Source: the human T2T-CHM13v2.0 reference genome, Homo sapiens
Reading direction: 5' to 3' (one strand)
Length of the DNA stretch: 64,000 nucleotides
NCBI RefSeq assembly: GCF_009914755.1
Contig: NC_060933.1
Below, piece after piece: positions 54,325 through 64,000 of this stretch (its first letter is position 1; every line of letters starts with the position of its first letter). Both the position numbers and the translations under genes were made by a program. The notes beneath the pieces are model-generated. The model saw only the letters and a program-made list of their open reading frames with translations, made no database searches and was not told the origin of the DNA.

Positions 54325-55954
54325 CAAACTCTCACTGTTTGCTGACGATATGATCGTTTACCCCGAAAACCCTAAAGACTCCCCCAGAAAGCTCCTAGAA
54401 TTGATAAAAGAATTCAGCAAAGTTTCTGGATACAAGATTAATGTACACAAATCAGTAGCTCTTCTATATACCAACAGCGACTAAGCAGAGAATCAAATCA
54501 ATAACTCAACCCCTTTTATAGTAGTTGCAAAAAAATACTTAGAAATATACCTAACCAAGGAGTCGAAAGACCTCTACAAGGAAAACTACAAAACACTGCT
54601 GAAGGAAATCATAGATGACACAAACAAATGGAAACACATCCCATGCTCATGGACAGATGGAATCAACATTGTGAAAATGACCATACTGCCAAAAACAATC
54701 TACAAATTCAACACAGTCCCCATCAAAATACCACCATCATTCTTCACAGAATTAGAAAAAACAATTCTGAAATTCATATGGGAACAAAAAAGAACCTGCA
54801 TAGCCAAAGCAAGACTAAGCAAAAAGAACAAATCTGGAGGCATCACACTACTTGATTTCAAACTATAGTATAAGGCCATAGTCACCAAAACAGCATGGTA
54901 CTGGTATCAAAATAGGCACATAGACCAGTGGAATAGAACAGAGAATCCAGAAATAAACCCAAACCCAGATACTTACAGCCAACTGATCTTTGACAAAGCA
55001 AACACAGACATAAAGTGGGGGAAAAGACACCCTTTTCAACAAATGGTGCTGGGATAATTGGCTAGCCACATGTAGGAGAATGAAACTAGATCCTCATCTC
55101 TCACCTTATACAAAAACCAACTCAAGATGGATTAAAGACTTAAACCTAAGACCTAAAACTATAAAAATTCTAGAAGATAACATTGGAAAAACCCTCCTAG
55201 ACATTGGCTTAGGCAAGGATTTCATGACCAAGAACCCCAAAGCAAATGCAATAAAAGCAAAGATAATAGCTGGGACCTAATTAAACTAAAGAGCTTTTGC
55301 ACGGCAAAGGGAACAGTCAGTAGAGTAAACAGACAACCCACAGAGTGGGACAAAATCTTCACAATCTATACATCTGACAAAGGACTAATACCAGAATCTA
55401 TGACGAACTCAAACAATCAGTAAGATCAAAATCAGTAAGAAAAAAACAATCCCATCAAAAAGTGGGCTAAGGACATGAATAGACAATTCTCAAAAGAAGA
55501 TATACAAATGGCCAATAAACATATGAAAAAATTCTCAACATCACTAATGATCGGGGAACTGCAAATCAAAACCACAATGTGATACCACCTTACTCCTGCA
55601 AGAATGGCCATAATAAAAAAACCAACAGTAGATGTTGACATGGATGCAGTGAATAGGGAACATATCTACACTGCTGGTGGGAATGTAAACTAGTGCAGCC
55701 ACTATGGAAAACAGTGTGGAGATTCCTCAAAGAACTAAAAGTAGAACTACCATTTGATCCAGCAATCCCACTGCTGGATATCTACCCAGAGGAAAAGAAG
55801 TCATTATTTGGAAAAGATACTTGCACACACATGTTTATAGCAGCACAATTCACAATTGTAAAATCGTGGAACCAACCCAAATGCCCATCAATCAATGAGT
55901 AGATAAAGAAACTGCAGTATATATATATATATGTGTATATATATATATATACAC

Positions 55955-55992
<38 letters not shown>

Positions 55993-56467
55993 AATGGAAT
56001 ACTACACAGCAATAAAAAGGAATGAATTAACAGCATTTGCAGTGACTTGGATGAGATTGGAGACTATTATTCTAAGTGAAGTAACTCAGGAATGGAAAAC
56101 CAAATATCATATGTTCTCACTGATATGTGGAAAGCTAAGCTGTGAGGACGCAAAGGCATAAGAATGATACAATGGAGTTTGGGGGTTTGGGGGGAAGAGT
56201 GGGAGGGGGCAAGGGAGAAAAGACTACAAATATGGTGTAGTGTATACTGCTCAGGTGATGGGTGCACTAAAATCTCACAAATTACCACTAAAGAACTTAC
56301 TCATGTAACCAAATACCACCTGTACCCCATAACTTATGGAAAAATAAAATAATAAATTTAAAAAAAAATTTTAAAAAAGAACTTACTCATGTAACCAAAT
56401 ACCACTTGTCTCCCAAAAACCTATGGAAATAAAAAGTTTTAAAAAATAAAAAATAAATAAATAAATA
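54325..56467 (+). mobile_element. 5'-truncated L1PB (PB1-like) with duplicated 3' terminus
   Basis: Starts in the RT domain (LFADDMI); L1PB-type 3'UTR; long TSD AAAATAAAGAGTTA(A/G)GGACTTCA at 54302-54324 and 56468-56490. Confidence 0.92.
55918..55991. repeat. (TA)n-rich microsatellite inside L1PB
   Basis: Read directly. Confidence 0.9.
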
Positions 56468-56588
56468 AAAATAAAGAGTTAGGGACTTCAGAAGTGATTT
56501 GTAATAGAAAAACTTTAATTAAAAAAATTACCAGGGTGATACATCTGACACAAGGTAATGGATTAATGGTAAAAGTAACTAAGGATTC

Positions 56589-56648
56589 TGTGTGTGTGTG
56601 TGTGTATTTGTGTGTATGTACATGTGTCTATGTGTCTGTGGGTGTGTA
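56589..56648. repeat. Degenerate (TG)n
   Basis: Read directly. Confidence 0.8.
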
Positions 56649-58479
56649 CAGGGGATTACATTGCTGAGTAAAGTTTATGTGATCAGAAGAAGGCCTGGAC
56701 CCTTCAAATCATGCTGGACTAGATTACCTTTGCTTACAAATCTACATGTTCTCAGCATATTCCCATTAAAGAGCTTAGTTGTAGCATTTATGTTTTCTGC
56801 AATATCAAGGAAGCAGACACATTTTAGACCCCAGCATCATATTTGCATAAAGGAGTTCTCCACTGAATAACCAAATTTTTTTCTAAGATGTTATATTTTT
56901 GAAAAAATACTTTTATTTCAAAACCTCTGAATGGCTTTGGCTTGCTTTTGAAATAAAATGGTAAATTTTTTTAGTGGATAGTTTCTGAAGGATTGTTATG
57001 TAGGAGAGCTTTACATATAGGTGTGAAAACAGCCAATTTAACTGCCTACACTTCTGTATCCCCCAGAGTCATGCCTATTTGTACTGCACTGTGAGGATTC
57101 AGAAACAGAGAGAAAAAGCTGGTGCTAAATCTGAGGGGTAAAAATGGAATTTGATTCCCAAAATGAAATTTGATCACATAGAATTTGTAATCTAGATTCT
57201 GCATCTAGAATACAGAAATAAATGCACAGTGTCTTCATTTTGTTTAATTAACATATTAGTGATGATTGTCCCTATTGCTGTGCATCTTATAGATTGTAAA
57301 CGGATTTATTTTTTGCCTTTCCACCTGGATTTGGAAGTACTCAAAAGAATCTATTAAGAATGTGATATCCCTGTGATCTTGAAAGATACAAACGAGAACA
57401 GGACTGGCTGAAAAACACTCAGAATGCTCTGTTTGATAATTGGGAGTAGAACTTCTGAAGTCTTAATGATCCAGGCCAAGATTTAAATCTTAACTTTTTA
57501 TCAGCCTTCAGTGTTTTTAATCTAAGGAATAATTATCTTCCTGTATTTCTATTTCTTAGATCAGAATTTTTAAATGCCATCCTCATTAATTTTCTAATAA
57601 GATTTAAGTTGAAACAATGTACAATATTGTATATCCTAACTTTCTTACAAGGGGCAGGAAGCAAGGTTATGTGCATGGCCACGTGTTTGTAGATACATGT
57701 GTTGAAATAGGAAGTATCCTAGTATGTATTTAGATAAGAAAAACTTACATACTAGTGTTGACTTTGAAATTATAACATGTATACCTACATATTCTTTGTG
57801 TTTATTTTGAAGTTTTGAAAATATACAGGACTGTTAATAAAAAAAGAATGTGATATCAATTTTATGAAAGCCCTCACCTGAGGATGCTGGGGACTTGATA
57901 TAGTGTGCAAGACATTTAATGGTATGAGGCATCATCTATAGCAGTGGTTCCCAACATTTTAAAATACAAGGTACATTTTGAAACTAAGAAAAGCATCACC
58001 AGCTATTGTGTGCTGGAAGTTGTACTTTTTGCATCTATTGATTGAAGAATAACCTAGTGATAATGCCTATTCTTAGTAATGCTTTAAGTTGTATTTACAT
58101 GTTATTAATAATGATAGAATCAGCATGTTTTTGTAGAAGTACAAGAACTATGTATGAGGGGAATGTTATCCATGCCAATCAGGCTTGGCCTGCATTTTAA
58201 ACTTGTAGACCCTTTAACGGCTTGTCACCTATGGACCAGACAGTGCTGGCTTAGACTAAAAATATATAATTGATGATAGGAATCTTTTCAGTTGTTATGA
58301 AAATTATTTCTTGACAAAGTCCTGAGAGCTTTAAGTAAAACATTTCTTTCAGGGCCTGTGACTGATGCTGGTCTTACTCTCCCCACCGATGTCTCATCTT
58401 TTCTTGATGCAAAATCTGACCTAATCCCATGTGAATCTAAAGGTTTATCTTTGCTGGAATGATACTCTTCACCATGAAG

Positions 58480-59015
58480 TTGCAATTAGATTGGTGTTCT
58501 GTTGCACCAAAAAACTGGCTAGGGAAAATATCAGGCCTGATTAATTAACTAGGTAATGTGCTGAACTACAGCCCACTTTGCAATGTCTCTGAGACGATGT
58601 GATTGCATAGGCTAATGGAAAATAAGTTTATGGGCTCAGAATTTAAAAATAAGACTATTGTTTACAAGGACTTCATCACAGAATGTAAGGGAGTGCTCAC
58701 TAGTCAGAGGAAAGGTATCATCATATCCTAGTTCCTTAACACATTAAAATGATAAGCTTACTTCCATTCATGCAAAACCACGGGCCCCTTCTCCAAAAAG
58801 CTGGAGAAGAAAGGCCTCCAGAGACTTGGATAAAGGCAGCCTCCTTCCTTCCTCTTCTCCTTCTCAGGAGTCAGAGCTGCACAGCTATCTAAAACTCACC
58901 CACCCTTCCCACTCCTCCATCTTCCCCTCTTTAACAGGAATTTCCCCAGTAAAATCTTTTCCAATTCTAGTCCCTTCTGGGCATCTGCTTCTCCAAAGAC
59001 CAGATCTGCCATACC
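58480..59015 (+). mobile_element. Old ERVL-type LTR (LTR16/LTR33-like, tentative)
   Basis: 3' end 'cagtaaaatcttttccaattctagtcccttctgggcatctgcttctccaaagacc' resembles ERVL LTR termini. Confidence 0.4.
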
Positions 59016-59104
59016 ACTTATTAGCTTGGTTGAGCTACTTAATCCTTGTAAGTATGGGCTATCTTAGCAGAACACAGGTAAGATAATGGTATTTAGATCC
59101 CCCT

Positions 59105-59203
59105 ATATGTTTTTTATTTTTACATAATTTCAGATTTACAGAAAAGTTGCAAGAATAGTGCAAAGAATTTATGAATACCCTCACCCAGGTTCCCTGTATT
59201 AAC

Positions 59204-59236
<33 letters not shown>

Positions 59237-59387
59237 TCACAAACACATAATTTTGAACCCTTTAAGAAAAAGTTATAGGCGTGATATTCCTTTACTTCTA
59301 AATATTTCAGCTTGTGTTTTCTAAAAGTAAAGAATTTTCTTACTTAATAATAATCACAGTATAATGCTTAATCAAAAATTAACATCA
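59105..59387 (-). mobile_element. L1MC 3' fragment with (TG)n; resumes at ~61096-61200
   Basis: 'ataatttcagatttacagaaaagttgcaagaatagtgcaaagaa'. Confidence 0.75.
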
Positions 59388-59598
<211 letters not shown>

Positions 59599-59599
<1 letters not shown>

Positions 59600-61095
59600 A
59601 GCCCATATAGCCAACACAGTCCTAAGCAAAAAGAACAAAGCTAGAGGCATCTTGCTTCCTGACTTCAAACTATACTACAAGGCTACAGTAACCAAAAGAG
59701 CATGGTACTGGTACCAAAACAGATGTATAGACCAATGGAACAGAACAGAGGCCTCAGAAATAACACCACACATCTACAACCATCTGATCTTTGACAAATG
59801 TGACAAAAACAAGCAATGGGGAAATGATTCCCTATTTAATAAATGGTGCTGGGAAAACTGGCTAGCCATATGCAGAAAACGGAAACTGGACCCCTGCCTT
59901 ACACCTTAAATAAAAATTAACTCAAGATGGATTACAGACTTAAATGTAAAATCTAAAACCATAAAAACCCTAGAAGAAAACCTAGACAGTAATATTCAGG
60001 ACATAGGCACGGACAAGGACTTCATGTCTAAAACACCAAAAGCAATGGCAACAAAAGCCAAAATTGACAAATGGTGATCTAATTAAACTAAAGAGCTTCT
60101 GCAGAGCAAAAGAAACTATCATCAGAGTGAACAGGCAACCTACAGAATGGGAGAAAATTGTTGCAATCTATCCATCTGACAAAGGGCTAATATCCAGAAT
60201 CTACAAGGAACTCAAACAAATTTACAAGAAAAAAACAACCCCATCAAAAAGTGGGTGAAGGATATGAACAAACAATTCTCAAAAGAAGACATTTATGCAG
60301 CCAACAAACATATGAAAAAAAGCTCATCATCACTGGTTATTAGAGAAATGCAAATCAAAACCACAATGAGATACCATCTCATGTCAGTTAGAATGGCAAT
60401 CATTAAAAAGTTAGGAAACAACAGATGCTGGCAAGGCTGTGGAGAAATGGGAATGCTTTTACGCTGTTAGTGGGAGTGTAAATTAGTTCAACCATTGTGG
60501 AAGACAGTGTGGCGATTCCTCAAGGATCTGGAACTAGAAATACCATTTGACCCAGCAATCCTATTACTGGGTATATACCCAAAGGTTTATAAATCATTCT
60601 GTTATAAAGACACATGCACGTGTATATTTATTGTGGCACTGTTCACAATAGCAAAGATTTGGAATCAACCCAAATGCCCATCAATGATAGACTGGATAAG
60701 GAAAATGTGGCACATATACACCATAGAACACTATGCAGCCATAAAAAAGGATGAGTTCATGTCCTTTGCAGGGACATGGATGAAGCTGGAAACCATCATT
60801 TTCAGCAAACTAACACAGGAACAGAAAACCAAACACTGCATGTTCTCACTCATAAGTGGGAGTTGAACAATGAGAACACATGGACACAGGGAGGGGAACA
60901 TCACACACCGGGCCTATCAGGGGGTGGGGACAAAGGGAAGTGAAGCATTAGGACAAATACCTAATGGCTGTGAGGCTTAAAACCTAGATGATGGATTGAT
61001 AGGTGCAGCAGAACACCATGGCACATGTATACCTATGTAACATACCTGCATGTTCTGCACATGTACCCCAGAACTTAAAGTAAAATTTCAGAAAA
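59599..61095 (+). mobile_element. 5'-truncated L1PA7/8-like element
   Basis: ORF2 C-terminal fragments ([26 protein letters not shown]) and a PA7/8-type 3'UTR. Confidence 0.93.
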
Positions 61096-61311
61096 AGTTA
61101 ACATCAATTCATTTCTATTATCTAATAGCCATGGTTTTACCCATTGTCTCAATTATATCTTTTATAGCAATAGAAAGTCCAAGATCAGGCTCTAGAGTTT
61201 CCCTTTTATTTTGCCTGGAGTAATTCTATAAATAATTTAGTAAGTGCTCACTAAGTGCCAGGTGGGCACTGACAAGACTAAGGTGGGGAACAATGGGTCC
61301 CATTGAATGAG

Positions 61312-61549
61312 GAGCTTATATCTACTCTGGGGAAATAGACACCTGACAACTAGTTTATGATTTAGGCTGTAGTGTGGTAGGTGTGGAGATTCAATGGGGA
61401 CTCATTCAATATGGGATATAGGGTCTAACTGAGCTTATATCTACTCTGGGGAAGTAGACACCTGATAACTAGTTTATGATTTAGGCTATAGTGTGATATG
61501 TGTGGAAATTCAATGGGGACTCATTCATTGTGGGATGTAGGGTCTAACT
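61312..61549. repeat. Direct tandem duplication, 2 x 119 bp
   Basis: 61312-61430 vs 61431-61549: 9 mismatches, no indels. Confidence 0.95.
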
Positions 61550-62331
61550 TCAGCATAGAAGGTAGAAATAGCCCAGTTGCAGTCTTACGTCCTGCCCCAC
61601 AACAAATTCAGAGCAGCCAGATTGTGTCTCTTGCACTAGAACAGATTTTTTTTTTCAGTTAAGAAGCTGACGAAGTAATTATTTTGCTTGTAGGGATCAT
61701 GTTGTCTAAAAAATAATATTTTTAAATACCAAAATCAATTTTATCTTGGTAAGAGGCTCACTCAGTAAGAGGCACATGGGAAAACTGAAACCCTTAAAAG
61801 TGATTCAGGCAGGTCCATTGACTCAAGATCTCTCTAGGCACATGCCTATTGCCCATTGAGGTGTGAATTACCTCCATGGGTTAAATTGTTGATGTAGTTT
61901 CTGTTAAATATAGAATATGACTCTGAATGACTATTCTCCTTGCTCAGGGGATGGAAAATGATTAAAACAAAATGCCTGCTCTGAATGCAATTAAACCAGG
62001 GAAAATAAGACCAGAACAAAAATGATCATAACGCAAAATATGACAGAAGTAGTTTCAGAAGAATGATGCATTGCAAAAAAAAAAAAAAAAGGCTCAGCAA
62101 ACACTTCATGGAAGAAGTGGCATTTAACATGTTCATTAAAAGAAGAAAAGATGTTTTCTGGATACAGTAGGGGAGTTACCTTCTGTTATGGTATTAGCAT
62201 AGGTTAAGAAATAGAGACAGGAAAGCACTAGAGTGAATGGGATATCCAAGTGTAGGCAAGAGGGAGGAGTCCCATTCAGCAAGATCTTCTGGGACTTGAG
62301 GTATTTGTGAGAGAATAGAGAAAGGCAAGAT

Positions 62332-62726
62332 TGTCTTACTTGATTCATGCTGCCACAAAAAAATACCCAAGACTGGGTAATTTATAAACAACAGAAATTT
62401 ATTTCTTACAGTTCTGGAAGCTGAAAAGTCCAAGATCAAGATGCTGGCACACCTGGTGGCTGGTGAGGGCCGTCTCTGCCTGCAAGTTGGCCCCTTGAAA
62501 ACTACTTCTTCTGGAGGGGACAAACACTGTGTCCTCACATGAAGAAAGGATCCGAAGGAGTGAACTCATCCCCTCAAGCCTTTTAATAAGGCATTAATCT
62601 CATCCATAAGGGTAGAGCCCTCATGGGCCAATTACTTTCTAGAAGGTCCACATCTCAGTACTGTTGCATTAGGGATTTAGTTTCAACGTGATTTTTGGAG
62701 GGAATGCAAACACTCAAACCATAGCA
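62332..62726 (-). mobile_element. MST/MLT1A-group MaLR solo LTR
   Basis: 'aagactgggtaatttataaacaacagaaatttatttcttacagttctgg…aaaccatagca'; near-TSD AAGAT/AGGAT. Confidence 0.85.
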
Positions 62727-64000
62727 AGGATGGAGAGAGATTCAGGGCAGATTGTGAAGCACCTTGGAATGTGGTCTCCAGTGAATCTCCTCCTGGTTCC
62801 ATGTGTGAGTCCTGGGAGCAGTTTGTTTCCCTCCTTACTGTATCTTCTCCTTTTCCTGTACTCCCTGCTTTTCTTGCTCTTTTCTCTTGATATATAGAGA
62901 CATTTTCAACAGAGTTCTTTGCCAGGTAGGACAGACTTTCCTACACTCTTGCTTCCCACACACTCAGCTCTAACCCACTTTGTTAAAATACAAACTTTTC
63001 CATGTTTCTAAGTTGTCACAAAACCACCAGCATGAGGGACACTAACACACACACAAGGCTGAGAGGAGTCATGTGGGTCATGTGAGGAATAGGCCGTGCA
63101 TCAGCTTTGGTCTGTCGTCTCCCAACAATGCATCTTGATGAGATAAGTATATGAAGCTCCGATTAGGTTCAATATTTTAGTCAAATGAGCTGTTTACCTC
63201 CACTCCCCAATGTGTCAGTGTAGACGCAAGATGACTTGGATGAATATGTTAGAAACTTTGAGTTTGCAGGGGTGCTTTCTTCCTGAGAATGGCAAATTAG
63301 GGCTGCTCTGAAAAGTTACCCTAGTTTTGTTTTCTTGTTAGGAACATTCAAATGAGCATGAAGAAAGAGCAAATACTTACCAGTGGTAATTTAAAAATGT
63401 ATATATATATATATAAATTAGCTTTATTGCCATATTTCCTTGACTCTAAGATGTACATTTTCATATATTTTTACATTTCTGGAATGGAAGTAAGGCTACA
63501 TGCATGTTTAATGTGGCATCTCTGTGTTTTCCTTCTGTTCTACCTCCCTCCCTCATTCTGCAAATCAAACAAACAACTCAAAGCTCTCATTAAATTGCTG
63601 TCTTACAATCAAGGGAATAAGATGATATTTTCTAGTTCCTCACTCCTGTCCCCCAGAGACACCTTTTCTGCTTATTAGCTGGGTGAGAAGAAATCATCTA
63701 CTTTAAAATGTCCTACTGAGGGTTAAGCATCCTTCCCAAGAGGATGGTACCAACTCTGGAATCACCCATATATAAGACATGTCTAGACTATTTCCATCAG
63801 CTGAGGCCCTTTCTTCTCCTGAAAATTGAGATTCATCTGAGTAATTCTCACATGTGCATGTCCTCTGCCATCCAACTGTCCTCCTCAGAGGCTTCATGAC
63901 AGAAAGCAGCGAGGGATTAATTTTTAACAACCCAGCCTGGTTTTATGACGGTCAACATTATTATTTTTTAATGTACAAATAGTCCTATGATGATTCCATT

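Noticed and set aside
61312-61549. CRISPR-like or other repeat-spacer array
   Set aside because: Only two contiguous copies with no spacers, in a mammalian context; no array seen anywhere in the window.

Overview
Primate, almost certainly human, genomic DNA covering the 5' end of SLC24A2 (NCKX2, K+-dependent Na+/Ca2+ exchanger 2) on the minus strand. It contains a CpG-island promoter with a non-coding first exon (donor at 24792/24791), a ~1.85 kb intron 1, and a 1083-nt exon 2 (22935-21853) holding 153 nt of 5'UTR and the first 310 codons. About 21.8 kb of intron 2 lies to the left and about 39 kb of repeat-rich upstream DNA to the right. All other ORF-track entries are L1/Alu/LTR remnants or chance ORFs. 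Best leads: (1) exon 2 looks like an AUG-containing circRNA, flanked by inverted MIRs, with a stop created by back-splicing that would give a 312-aa half-exchanger; (2) a decayed piggyBac-like transposase, possibly two in tandem, at ~38.2-41.4 kb; (3) a 56-bp-arm near-perfect intronic hairpin; (4) a YAG|GTAAGT recursive-splice-like site paired with a candidate poison exon; (5) an antisense 5S rRNA/L1 chimeric insertion; (6) an intact HERV-W LTR17 oriented toward the gene; (7) two uORFs. Repeat subfamily names come from recalled consensus sequences, not from a database search, and boundaries of old repeats are approximate.
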